Source: Naegleria gruberi
Lineage: Eukaryota
Assembly: GCA_000004985.1 (NCBI GenBank)
Contig: GG738886.1
Length of the DNA: 64,000 bases
Strand: one strand, 5' to 3'
A program made the translations under genes and the position numbers. Below, piece by piece: positions 31,425 through 43,362 of the stretch; position 1 is the stretch's first letter, and each line of letters opens with the position of its first letter. A model generated the notes under the pieces. The model worked only from the letters and a program-made list of their open reading frames with translations. It did no database searches and was not told where the DNA came from.

Positions 31425-31490
31425 CCTTGGATAAATCAATAGGATCACTTAAATATCGTTAATGGATTAATTTATTAGAACATGGATACC

Positions 31491-33401
31491 TTAAAGCCCC
31501 TCTGACCAACCATTGAGCATGTTATCAACTGCACCAAGAATAAGTTGGGAAGTTGTTGGTTTCAATAACTGAGCGATGTAACCCGGATCACCAGTTGAGG
31601 TGGCTGCTTGATCATTTCCAAGAATATTGAAACATTGGCCGTACTCAAGTTGTGTTTCTTGAACGAGTGGAAGTGAAAAACCTCCCTTCTCTGGTCCCAC
31701 ATAGATTGTTTGATTCAGTGGGAAACAGAAATCACTTCTGAATTGTAAATCTTGAAAGTGAGGAAGCATGACTGCCTGTTTTGGTGTCTTTTTCATTACT
31801 AAGACATTGTATAGATTGAGAATAGAGTATTCATGAAGTCCCCCTCCTATTGTTCCTTGAGCAAGTAATGGTTTACCTCTTAATGTTACAATAATTGGTT
31901 GGAGTGGATTGAGAATTTGTTGACCTCCCTTCACAGATGCCAGTTGACCTAAATTGGAGGAGATTGCATCGGATAGAGGAATGCCACCAACAATCAAGCC
32001 AGTACCAAAAGGTTGAGAATTGATTGAGTGGACAAGTGCCACTACATTTCCATCAGAATCAGCGACTGTCAAGGAATCAGAATGTCCCTTAATAATTGAT
32101 TCGGATGGAGTCTTGTACATACACGGATTGTTGGGCATTGTTTCACATTTCTTGTAAAATTTGAGCCATCTGTTCAATAAATCCTCCTTATTGGAATTGA
32201 AAATCAAATCATAAGCTTGACGAGCAGTTGTCTTGGAAAGTCGTCCTTGGAAAGATAGGTCAATATTTGGGAACATTGAAGCAAGTAATTGTGGCTTGAA
32301 GTAATCAACTACCTGCACTAATCTTCCCCATCTAGCTATTTGAACCAATTGGTAAAGAGAGTTAGCGGATTCGTTGTATGGTTGAGTGTTGTTCAATAGT
32401 TCAATTAAATTCATAGCCTCAATAATTGACATTCCACCAATGCTTGGATAATCAAGTCCATGAATTGTTAACTCTTCCAATTTGAATGTTCCATTCAATG
32501 CCTCTCCCCAAATTGGCTGATACTGGATCATGTCTTGCATTGTAATTATTCCACCATATTGATTGACCTTAGTGACAAAATCTTTAGCCCACTCTCCTGT
32601 GTACATGTAATCAGATCCAAATTGAGAAACATTTTTAAGAGTATCTGCCAATTCCAATTGTCTAAACAATTCTCCTTTCTTGTATGGTTGATTCGTATTT
32701 GGATTTATGAATATTCTCTTTCCTTCCTCAAATTTAAAAATCTTGTAACCATCATATTTCAGTAAATATTCTATTTGTGAATCAGCAATGAATCCCTTCT
32801 CTGAAAAATAAATTGCAGGTTCCAAAACAGTTTCCCATTTCAATTTTCCAAATTTCTTATGAGCAGATTCCATAGCTCTGAAAAATCCAGGAACCAAAAC
32901 TCTATATCCCAAACAATTATCCAATTTTGAATTTACACACCTATTATCCGAATCATACTTGAGTGGTTTGTTAAAAACTCCATTCAATGAGTGAATTTTC
33001 CCACTCTTTGCATCATAGTACACCATCGCAGCCAACCCACCAAATGAAACATAACTCCCACCAGCAATAACAATCTGTGCCATTACTGCTCCTACAGTTG
33101 CATCCATGGCATTTCCTCCATTTTCCAATATAACAGTTGCCACATGAACAGCAAGTGCAGAAGAGGTTCCACTCACCAAACCCTTTCCATTCATTGAAAC
33201 TCCCTGTGGTTTATCATATCGATATCCAACCATGTTCAATAGCGAAGTGTAATGTTTAATGGTCTCCTCGGACCATGTAGATGGAGAAATATCTCCACAT
33301 ACCTGATGAACACAACAACAACAGCAAAATAAGATGATCATCAGATACACAAAGCATCTCACGGATGGGATAATAACTCGCCCAGGTTTGAGTTTGAACA
33401 T
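31491..33401 (-). CDS. Gamma-glutamyltranspeptidase (GGT) of 636 aa with an N-terminal signal/anchor.
   Basis: Hydrophobic N-terminus. GGSYVSFGGLAAMVYYD. A GGT signature region TVADSDGNVVALVHSINSQPFGTGLIVGGIPLSD that includes the nucleophile threonine context. Single ORF. Confidence 0.8.
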   Translation of the reverse strand: MFKLKPGRVIIPSVRCFVYLMIILFCCCCCVHQVCGDISPSTWSEETIKHYTSLLNMVGYRYDKPQGVSMNGKGLVSGTSSALAVHVATVILENGGNAMDATVGAVMAQIVIAGGSYVSFGGLAAMVYYDAKSGKIHSLNGVFNKPLKYDSDNRCVNSKLDNCLGYRVLVPGFFRAMESAHKKFGKLKWETVLEPAIYFSEKGFIADSQIEYLLKYDGYKIFKFEEGKRIFINPNTNQPYKKGELFRQLELADTLKNVSQFGSDYMYTGEWAKDFVTKVNQYGGIITMQDMIQYQPIWGEALNGTFKLEELTIHGLDYPSIGGMSIIEAMNLIELLNNTQPYNESANSLYQLVQIARWGRLVQVVDYFKPQLLASMFPNIDLSFQGRLSKTTARQAYDLIFNSNKEDLLNRWLKFYKKCETMPNNPCMYKTPSESIIKGHSDSLTVADSDGNVVALVHSINSQPFGTGLIVGGIPLSDAISSNLGQLASVKGGQQILNPLQPIIVTLRGKPLLAQGTIGGGLHEYSILNLYNVLVMKKTPKQAVMLPHFQDLQFRSDFCFPLNQTIYVGPEKGGFSLPLVQETQLEYGQCFNILGNDQAATSTGDPGYIAQLLKPTTSQLILGAVDNMLNGWSEGL

Positions 33402-33525
33402 TTTTTTGTAATGTATTTTGTTACAAGCTTCGAAATAATTGTTAACTCCTCATAACTATTATTTTCTAATTGAGGAATTGGGTGTTACATTTTAATTAAC
33501 CATCATTGATCGTAAAATGTAAAGA

Positions 33526-34095
33526 TTATTGTTGAAATTCATTTTCTAAAAAGTTTGAAAATTCTTGTTCCATTTTGAATTGTTTAAAAACAGTTCCCAA
33601 TCTAATAATTTCCTTTCGAATATCTTTTCTTGTTTCTGGATGAATATTATTCTTATTCTTTCTAAGAAATTCCATTTGTCTCTCTTGATTCAATAATTCT
33701 TGTGAGGAATTGTAGGCTCTATTTGCAGCAATCCAATCAACAACCATTTCAGTAACATAACATATTGGCATTCTCAGTGATTTGATGGCACCATTCGATC
33801 GATCACATGTAATCCAATATTCAAAGTGGTGAGGATTTCTATTTTGATGATGCAGAAAGCAATACTCCTTCAAATCTTCATTATTGCTTGTCGCCAAATT
33901 ATTAAATTGTAAATAGCCAAACCATTCGGAAGGTGAAAACTTGGACCAATCATGAATAATCAATTGGATAATACCCAATCCCATCATGTATCCATAGTAA
34001 AAAACAATTAATTTGTGATAAAGAATGGTACGAAGGAGTGAGAGATGTGTTTTCATTCGTTGTAATAACTTAAAGGGAGAAGAACAACAAGACAT
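33526..34095 (-). CDS. Hypothetical protein of 189 aa, His-rich, with a possible metal-binding HxxH cluster.
   Basis: Single ORF with CFLHHQNRNPHHFEYW. No family assigned. Confidence 0.35.
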   Translation of the reverse strand: MSCCSSPFKLLQRMKTHLSLLRTILYHKLIVFYYGYMMGLGIIQLIIHDWSKFSPSEWFGYLQFNNLATSNNEDLKEYCFLHHQNRNPHHFEYWITCDRSNGAIKSLRMPICYVTEMVVDWIAANRAYNSSQELLNQERQMEFLRKNKNNIHPETRKDIRKEIIRLGTVFKQFKMEQEFSNFLENEFQQ

Positions 34096-34118
34096 TTTTT
34101 CGAAATAATTTAAATAAT

Positions 34119-35498
34119 TTAATAGTTTCTAATGTTGATTGATTGTTTGATTGGGGAAGTTGAGGTGGATGGAGAATATGGATAACCTTGTTGATAATCA
34201 TTGTCCAAAACAGCAAGGAATTTCTTAAGGATGGCAGTTTGACCATCAATTCTCAAAGTGAAATCACGGTTGACATTTCTCCATGTGGAGCTATTACCCT
34301 TCTTTGGTGGGAAGACATAAGGTGGATTTGGATAATCAGAACCTCTCCAGTTACCAGTACTCATCATTAAAATGTTATCATCAATAACCCAATACTTTTC
34401 ATGTGAAAATTCCAAACATTGCTTGGCAGACAAGACAACATTAATATTGTTATCAACAAGCTTTCTATAACATTGATAAGCTTCAAGAGCTTCGGATTTA
34501 GCAAAGACATAGTGAGAAGCGAAAATCTTCAAATTGATACCCTTATTACCCAATTGGATAACATAATCACAGAGGTCAGGATGAGAAATTTCATAAATAC
34601 TAATCTTCAATGATTTTTTAACTTGATTCAAAGCAGACATCAAGAATCCATAAGCATAATCAGGACTAGCACTGATAGAAATATTGTAATTATCATTGAA
34701 TTCTTGAATATCACCAGAGGAAGCATCACAGTTTGCAAAGTGCATATTTTCTGGAATGGTGACAGTAGCAGTTGAGGTTTGAATCATATGAATATCACTT
34801 TTAGAATATTGACTATAATCAACATCCAATGGAACACCATGGAAGAAATCATATTCGAAAACTCCTTGAGAGAATTTAACAACACCAGCAGCATTATTGC
34901 ATTCATTAACCAAAATACCAGCTTCTCTGTTTCTTCTGAAACTAGTTTGAGAAAAGTTAATACTAGAAATGGCAGATTTACAACCATCAATAGTGATATA
35001 TTTGGCGTGTAAGAAAGTAGTGGTTGTGTAATATCTGACATCAGCACCTGCAATCTTTAAATATGTCAACAAGTCCATCTTTCCAGAACACATCTTGTCA
35101 TCATACTTGTTAGTTAAGAGACGAACTTTAACACCATGTTGAACAATTTGATTAATTAAAACTTGGAAAATTGGGAATTTTTCATTATTCAACAAGTCAG
35201 TAGCAGAACAACCCATACATCCATCTTTTGGATAGGTACATCCACTCCAACTGTCAAATCCTGGAATTGCAATATCAATAGTCTTCTTGGCACTCATCAC
35301 AAGTTCAGTCTCTTCCTTTGTAGAGTGATCCGGAGAGAAAAGAGGAGTTAAACCAATATTAGCACGAGGGATATTGAGAGGAAGGAAAGGACTATTGTAG
35401 GTGGTATTTTGTAAATCTGCCAACACGAGTTGTGTTGTTGTGAACAAAATTATTGCACACAACAAGGTGGCAAGAGAAATTTTGCTGATGGCTTTCAT
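34119..35498 (-). CDS. Secreted phospholipase-D superfamily protein with two HKD motifs.
   Basis: Signal peptide MKAISKISLATLLCAIILFTTTQLVLA. HKD motif 1 is FLHAKYITIDG and HKD motif 2 is SHEKYWVIDDN. Several N-glycosylation sequons. Confidence 0.7.
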   Translation of the reverse strand: MKAISKISLATLLCAIILFTTTQLVLADLQNTTYNSPFLPLNIPRANIGLTPLFSPDHSTKEETELVMSAKKTIDIAIPGFDSWSGCTYPKDGCMGCSATDLLNNEKFPIFQVLINQIVQHGVKVRLLTNKYDDKMCSGKMDLLTYLKIAGADVRYYTTTTFLHAKYITIDGCKSAISSINFSQTSFRRNREAGILVNECNNAAGVVKFSQGVFEYDFFHGVPLDVDYSQYSKSDIHMIQTSTATVTIPENMHFANCDASSGDIQEFNDNYNISISASPDYAYGFLMSALNQVKKSLKISIYEISHPDLCDYVIQLGNKGINLKIFASHYVFAKSEALEAYQCYRKLVDNNINVVLSAKQCLEFSHEKYWVIDDNILMMSTGNWRGSDYPNPPYVFPPKKGNSSTWRNVNRDFTLRIDGQTAILKKFLAVLDNDYQQGYPYSPSTSTSPIKQSINIRNY

Positions 35499-35754
35499 CT
35501 TGTTTGCAATTTTATATTTTTTTAAAATGATGTGATTTAACGTTTAATTGTGTGTTAGATTCTTGTGGTCTTTTTGGTTGACGGAGCTTGAGAACGGATG
35601 TGGGGACTTTGTATCTTGACAGGAAAATATTGTAATGGGTAGGTCCTTCTTGAATATTATGGTTGGAGTTCATGAATAACGAAACAATAGTAGTATTAGA
35701 CGAACTCATCGTCTATTTCTTCCTCCCAAGCAAACTGTTCATCATATTCATCGA

Positions 35755-36288
35755 CTAGATAAATATTATCGTAGGTGAGATGAGATAATTGACTTGAAGA
35801 GGTGTTATGTTTAGCAGTCGAGAAGGAATTGAGCAATTAGGAAGCGTGAGCTTTCTTAACCTTTTCAGTTTTGTTGGATTTGAGAGACAGAATTGGATGT
35901 TATCTTTGGTAATTTGGTTATTATCTGCAATACTTAATTCAATCAAGTTTTGAAGAGAGTTTGATTCATGCAAGGAAATAATACTTTTCCCAGTCAATCC
36001 AGTGTCGTCCAAGAGTAAAATTTCCAGATTTTTCATATTTTCTCCTGAAACAATACAATCAACACCTTTGTCTCCTTATAATTCAATCTCAAATATTTTA
36101 ACTTTGTAAGGTAGGTGCTTTGAGTTTGTACAGATATATCCTGGCATGGATTTAAGGGAGAGATCGGTAAGGTGTGTAATGCACTTCCCACTAACTAGTG
36201 GCATGATGTGTCTTTCTTCAATAGTTGTACAATCAGAGATGTGCAATTGGGTTAGATTTGAGAAAGTTGGATTATTTGCAAATGTCAC
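35755..36288 (-). CDS. Leucine-rich-repeat protein fragments, probably exons of one gene. Boundaries unresolved and it may be a pseudogene.
   Basis: LRR-like segments LKRLRKLTLPNCSI, LQNLIELSIADNNQI and NLTQLHISDCTTI lie in two adjacent ORFs separated by a short gap. Confidence 0.3.
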
Positions 36289-36637
36289 TCTGCTAAACTA
36301 TCAAGGTCTTCCAAGTTTCTAATCACTTTGCTAGGGACAAGAGCACTTGCACGAAACCACACGGAACAAACTGCATGCACCCAATGCTAGGTACTCTATC
36401 ATCACAGCCAAGACATCCTCATTCAAATGCTGTATGTTGGTCATTTATTTTACTATAATTATTGGAAATGGTAATGTTTACAATAAATCAAAAGAGATTC
36501 AAACTGATTCTGAATCAAACAGCCGTGGATGCAGTGGAGGAGATACAATTTAGTATCTTACCCACAACGATCAAAAGACAGCAGAAATGGAGGTGGTTAA
36601 AATTCGCCAGAACTGAGAGCCAAGCCTTTTTAAAAAA

Positions 36638-39600
36638 ATGCCACAAGATAAAAGTGAACTTGACTGTGGTAAAGTACTTACTAATCAGGATAGTGGTGTT
36701 GGGTTTAGCACTATCAATACTAGTCCCCCGCATCAACAGTCGAGCGATTGTATTTCTAACATGAAGGAAAACCTAATTCCGGAGGTGAAGAATAATGATG
36801 AATTATCTGCATCATCTATTACTCTTGCTGTTCCGAACATTGATTGTGGAAGTAATACGACAAAGATGCCAACAACAAGTACTCTCGTTGTGGATGATAT
36901 CATTAAAAATAGGAGGAATATTGATGATAAAAGGTCTCTTGAAAATCGAGGAACGAGAACAGCCAGCCTGTCAATGCCAACAACTAATTATTTATTTCCA
37001 TCATCAAAAAGTAACTTAATTCCAATATTACCAAAAACTAAGGATCAGGAAAAGGAGAAAATGCAGAAAAACAAACTAACTTTTCAAAATTCGAGAAATT
37101 CTCTTTTTCAAAACTCTAACAAAACAACTTACACAAAAGTTGAAATGAACAAACAATCTAACGATAAGAGAGGACAAACGAAAATAGATCACCAACCCAA
37201 AAATCTAGAATTGCCCTCATTAGCATCAATTGTTTTAACACCAAATACTCCTAACTCGGTATCTAATGTCAATATTGAAACAGACGAATCAGAAATTAAC
37301 CCAATACTGGAATCAGTACCATTCTTTATATTTTTAAAAATTGGAATACTCAAGGAAAACTCAGAACCTAAATATTTAGAGGCTTATAGGGCTCTTTCTC
37401 AACAAAATCTATTCTTTATGACCTCTTGGTTTAGGTATTTTGGGATATATTTTGTTTTAGTATTTTTAACAATGTACAAGCTTGTCGGGATGCGAACAAT
37501 CTCTAGCTCTGTACTTTGCAACTTTTGCAGTGGAGGTTTTTAGTAATCTTTATCTGAATTATTTAACATGCTGTAAATCTCCAACTAGGGCAAGGAAGAA
37601 TGTAATTCATTTATGCAGAACAGTTCTGTCAACCTCTTATGGATTCATAATGCAAATGTATTACACTAAGCTATCCATATATATATTGACAATACTCAAA
37701 TTAATAATTTCTTGTCATATTTTTGGAGACCATCTTATCACCTCCTTAATATCTACAGTAATTTTCGTATCTGGTTCGCTTATTCCAATGATGATTTTGG
37801 GGTATCCAATAGAATCTATAGTAAGCAACGGGATAGTAATGACTTCCATAGCCATTATGTGCTTGTTCTTTTCAAAAATATATGCAGAAGAAAAAAGATA
37901 TCATTATAAACAAAGGTTTGCTTACATGCAGGAAAAGTATTTGAGCAATGAGAAAACTCACATGATTGCAAATATTTCACATGAAGCAAGGTATGTATTA
38001 CCAGTATCAGTTCGAATTAATTCAAATTCACATTTTGGAATTGTTTTAATTATTCCTATGTAGAAATCCATTGCATGGTATTATTGGAGCTTCAACAATT
38101 TTGAGACATGATATGGAAAAGAACAGTCATTCAGATAAAAGAAAAAAAAGAGGAAGAAAGAACAGCATTTTACAATCACCTTCTCATTCACCAATGAATG
38201 CAAAGAAAGGATTCTTACATGTTTCAAATGATGATGGACACTATTCGAGTGATTGTGAATCTTCATGTGGAGATTCAACAGCTGAACAACCGTATCTTGA
38301 ATTGGTGAATGATATTTATAATAATGCCAATTTGTTACTTCACATTTTCAGTACTTCACTTCAAATGACAAGTCTCGAAATGGGAAATATCAAATTGAAG
38401 AATGAACCATTCAATTTATTGGACACAATTGAATCAGTAATTTCAGTATTTTATAATATTGCAGCAGACAAGAATGTTTCACTTCACAGTTTTATTAATT
38501 TAAATTCTCTTCCAAACCAAGTGATAGGTGACCACGTTAGAGTTTCTCAAATATTAATGAACTTTGTGTCAAACTCTATCAAATATTCATCTAATGAGCA
38601 AGGAGAGAGTTCAGTAATTCTCAAGTGTGATATTTGTTCAGATGAAGAGCTCAAAAAGTTGAATGTTGAAAAAGAAAAAATAATTGAAATGTTAGACGAT
38701 AAGGAGGACATTGTTTTCGTTAAAATTGATTGTATTGATAATGGAAAAGGAATTGAAAAGGATAATATCAACAAGTTATTTAAAGCATTCCAAACTTTTG
38801 ATTTGAAATCAGCAAGTAACATGGACACAGGTGGAACAGTATTTGATCAATACTATTTGAAATCAATTTCAGGTAATACAAAAGGATCGAATGGAACGAG
38901 TTTACTATTGAGTAACAGAACAGGAGTTGGATTGAATATTAGCAAGCAACTTATTGAGAAGATGAAAGGATCTATTATAGTTAGCAGCGAAATAGGTAAA
39001 GGCACGACAATGTCTGTAATATTTCCTTTAAAGATAGCACCAACTCAATCTGCACAAAATCAAAGACTTGAAGAACTTAGTATAGATTTAGAAGATTTCA
39101 ACGTATTAATTATTGACAATGATGCACTCTTTTTGGATATAATGAAGGACTATGTTGCTCATATTTGTGCTAAAACTACGGTTACCACTGTTATAGACCC
39201 GAAAAGTATTACGGATATTGATGAGTCAAAACCATTGGTAGTAATTTATTCTGAACATCTCCATGCAGAAGTGAAACAAATCCTAAAATTGGTTTCTGTA
39301 GAAAAGATATTGATACCCATTGGATTGAGAGGAAGGACTAGAAAATATGCAACTATGAAGTATATTATCAAACCTGTAAAGGTTGACGATATGATAAGCG
39401 TATTGAACGAAAAACTCGACAAGCAAAAGAAGAAGATTAATTGTCAAAATATTATTACTCCACCTCCAGAGATAAATATCACAACTGATAATGTTCCAAC
39501 TATAGAGGTAGTAATACCAGAACCTGTACCTTCTAAACGAATACTGATAACAGATGATAATTTAATTAACAGAAAAGTGATGGAAAAGATGGTTCGATTG

Positions 39601-39915
39601 TTGGGATTTACTGAAGTTGATTGTGCATCGAATGGATTGGAATGTTTTGAAATGTACAAACAAAAACAATATTCAATCATTTTATTGGACTTGTTGATGC
39701 CAGTCATGTGTGGCAAGCAGAGTGTGAAACATATTCGAGAATTTGAAGAGAGTGAAGGAAGAAAACGAACACCAGTAATTGCCATCACTGCCAACATTTG
39801 GGAATCAGTTGATACTCTCTCACAACTTGGATTTGACTCTGTCATTTACAAACCAATCCTTATTGAAAAATTGAGGGAGGAAGTTGAACGGTTAACGCAA
39901 GAAAGCAACTCATAG
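36638..39915 (+). CDS. Hybrid histidine kinase A. It has a low-complexity N-terminus, a TM region, HisKA, HATPase_c and a C-terminal receiver domain. Exons are 36638..37990 and 38064..39915, with an apparent frameshift near 37478.
   Basis: H-box IANISHEAR|NPLHGIIGAS is split by the intron at 37991..38063. N-box LMNFVSNSIKY. G1 DNGKGI. G2 GTGVGLNISKQL...GKGTT. REC domain ILITDDNLINRK...LLDLLMP...YKP. It is colinear with the downstream paralog except for a frame change between MYK in frame 2 and TSLSGCEQ in frame 0. Confidence 0.65.
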
Positions 39916-40026
39916 CCCAAATATCAACAACCTACATAACAGTACCACATTTTTGGATGGTTTTTTTGGTGGATATAATTGTTTTTATTAAGGCCAAATA
40001 ATTCGCAAAATTAATATTTAAAAAAA

Positions 40027-43000
40027 ATGAATACATTGAAACCCCACAACGTGACTGGAACGAATTGTACCACGAGTTCTATCGGATCTTCATCCACAGT
40101 TGGAGACTTGGGAAATAGCAGTCTACAACAAATAAATCAAAAGTTTATTAGGGAAGATACAAAACCTACTCCTTCATTATCGGAAATCACTAATAATAAC
40201 AGAAACACAAATAATTTATTATCACCTTCTTCAACAACAAGTCCAACAAGTAGCAGAAGCATTCCAAAAACTAAATCTCCAATATCAAGATGGGATTCAG
40301 TACCTATTATCTCTTCGACAACTAACGTTTCAATAACAAATACTGAAGATATCTCTCCAAAGAGAAGTGAAAAACTCTCCCCAATAATTGTCCCAGAAAC
40401 AGCTGGTGTGTTTGAGGTGAGTTCAACACCCAGAAAGTCGTCCAGAATTAATGAACCACCACCCTCAACAAGAAACTCAATCATCCTCACACCAACAAAC
40501 TCCAAATTCATTTCTCAAACAAGCATACCTTTGGATGTGGACGATTCGAATGATAATAGTAATGAACAGATTCTTTCCTCAATTTCACTTTTTCAATTTA
40601 TCCAACTAATCATGCAAAAAAATCCTAACCCTAAATTTAGAGAAGCCCATCGACAAATTTCACAGCAAAATATTTATTCAATTACCAAATGGTTTAGCGT
40701 TTTGACTTTATATTTTTGTTTACTATTTATTGGAATGTACATAACATCAGAAAGTTCAGCATCTCCTATTGTATTTTTTGGCCTTTTTCCATTTGAAGTA
40801 GCCAACAATATGATATGCAATTATATAACTTGCTGTAAAGCTAGATCGGTTTATGCGAAAGCATCCATTCATATCTATAGAGCTGTTATCATTGCAACAC
40901 TTGCATTTATTTGGCAATATTTTTACCACGATATGCCTTTCTACCTGCTTACAATGATAAAACAAATCATTGCTTGTCACGTTTATGGAGAGGAAATTCT
41001 AATATCTTCAACTGCGTCTATAATCATTAGTACAGGAGCAATCTATCCACTCTATGTTCTGAATCAAGGAACAAAGAAGGTTATTGAGGTTTTCTTTTTA
41101 ATGGTGTCTGCTTCTGTGATAAGTTTGTTCTTTGCCTATGTTTATGCAGAAGAGAAGAGAAATCATTACAAACAAAGGTTTGCTTACATGCAGGAAAAGT
41201 ATTTGAGTAATGAGAAAACTCACATGATTGCAAATATTTCACACGAAGCAAGGTATGTAGTACAAGCATCATTTTCAATTAACTCCCATTTTTATCATTC
41301 CTATGTAGAAATCCACTGCATGGTATTATTGGAGCTTCAACAATTTTGAGACATGATATGGAAAAAAACAGTCATCCAGATAAAAGAAAAAAAAGAGGAA
41401 GAAAGAACAGCATTTTACAATCACCTTCTCATTCACCAATGAATGCAAAGAATGGATTCTTACATGTTTCAAATGATGATGGACATTATTCGAGTGATTG
41501 TGAATCTTCATGTGGAGATTCAACAGCTGAACAACCATATCTTGAATTGGTGAATGATATTTATAACAATGCCAATTTGTTACTTCACATTTTCAGTACT
41601 TCACTTCAAATGACAAGTCTTGAAATGGGAAATATCAAATTGAAGAATGAACCATTCAATTTATTGGACACAATTGAATCAGTAATTTCAGTATTTTATA
41701 ATATTGCAGCAGACAAGAATGTTTCACTTCACAGTTTTATTAATTTAAATTCTCTTCCAAACCTAGTATTAGGTGATCATGTAAGGTAAGTGAAATATCA
41801 ATGAGCTTCTAATCACGTCAGTAGAGTTTCTCAAATACTTATGAACTTCATATCCAATTCTATCAAATATTCATCTTCTGAATCTGGAGAGAGCTCAGTA
41901 ATTCTCAAGTGTGATATTTGTTCAGATGAAGAGCTCACATCACTGAACGTAGAGAAGGATAAAATAATAGAAATGCTTGATGATAAGGAGGACATTGTTT
42001 TCGTTAAAATTGATTGTATTGATAATGGAAAAGGAATTGAAAAGGATAATATCGGTAGCTTATTCAAAGCATTCCAAATTTTTGATCTCAAGAATAGTGA
42101 AAATATAACGGATACAAGTGGAACTGTATTTGACCAATACTATTTGAAATCAATTTCAGGTAATACAAAAGGATCGAATGGAACAAGTTACCTATTGAGT
42201 AACAGAACAGGAGTTGGATTGAATATTAGCAAGCAACTTATTGAGAAGATGAAAGGGTGCATTATAGTTAGCAGTGAGGTCGGAAAAGGAACAACCATGT
42301 CAGTGATATTCCCATTCAAAAAGAAAATTGACAATCCAAGTGTTGAACTTGTTATGCAATGTAAAGCATCGCTCAACACTTTCAAAGAGTTTGGAATCTT
42401 TTCATGTCATTATTATTGATAGTGAGACCCACTTTTTGAATCTTTTGGAGGATTATTTACATTTATTGAATCCTAATATAACTATTTTCAAATATGTGAA
42501 CACAGCTAGTATTAAGGAAATTGATTGTTCAAAATCATTGATTGTAATTTACTCTGAAAATCTTCACTATGAAGTCAAACACTTATTCAAGCAGTCAGTG
42601 ATGGAAAAAATTCTAATTCCAATAGGACATCGAGGAAAGATGAGAAGATTCACAAACATGAAATATGTAATCAAACCTCTTAAGGTTGATGAGTTGGTAA
42701 ATGTGTTGAATGAAAAAATTGAGAAACACAAAAAGAGAGTAAGCCATCAAACTACAGATTTTCCACCAGAAATTAAGGTCACAACAGAGAATATTGATTC
42801 TGTGCAGTCTTCTTCAAATAATATGCCTCTAAATGTTGAACCTCCTAGGGTTGAACCAATCACAGATTCCAAAAGAGTTTTAATAACAGATGATAATTTA
42901 ATTAACAGAAAAGTGATGGAAAAGATGGTTCGATTGTTGGGATTTACTGAAGTTGATTGTGCATCGAATGGATTGGAATGTTTTGAAATGTACAAACAAA

Positions 43001-43248
43001 AACAATATTCAATCATTTTATTGGACTTGTTGATGCCAGTCATGTGTGGCAAACAAAGTGTGAAACATATTCGAGAATTTGAAGAGAGTGAAGGAAGAAA
43101 ACGAACACCAGTAATTGCCATCACTGCCAACATTTGGGAATCAGTTGATACTCTCTCACAACTTGGATTTGATTCGGTCATTTACAAACCCATCCTTATT
43201 GAAAAATTGAGGGAGGAAATTGACAGGCTCCCAACCAACACCTCATAG
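40027..43248 (+). CDS. Hybrid histidine kinase B, the tandem paralog of A. Exons are 40027..41252, 41309..41785, 41825..42350 and 42388..43248.
   Basis: Same domain order and motifs as A. Intron 1 (41253..41308, GTATGT..TAG) is shared with A. Intron 2 (41786..41824, 39 nt, GTAAGT..CTAAT..TAG) and intron 3 (42351..42387, 37 nt, GTTATG..CTCAAC..AAG) are absent from A, and both restore colinearity and frame exactly. Confidence 0.75.
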
Positions 43249-43362
43249 TAATAAATTATGAGAAATTCTTAACTCGCTCGCATGTACTATAAACTTTATG
43301 CGCCCTTCTCCACTTTAATAGCATTCTTCACATAACTCCACACTAAACAAATTACAAAAAAA

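Noticed and set aside
37712-41538. Short internal ORFs (37712..37909, 38081..38278, 38547..38828, 41326..41538, 41831..42091, 39444..39845, 42747..43181) inside the histidine kinase loci.
   Set aside because: They are duplicated frame shadows of the two paralogous kinase genes and appear in matching positions in both copies. They have no independent support.
36638-43248. Interpreting the two histidine kinases plus receiver domains as a bacterial-type two-component operon, or as horizontally acquired prokaryotic DNA.
   Set aside because: The receiver domains are fused in cis (hybrid kinases). The genes contain GT..AG introns, share composition and codon usage with flanking eukaryotic genes, and have eukaryote-style low-complexity N-termini.
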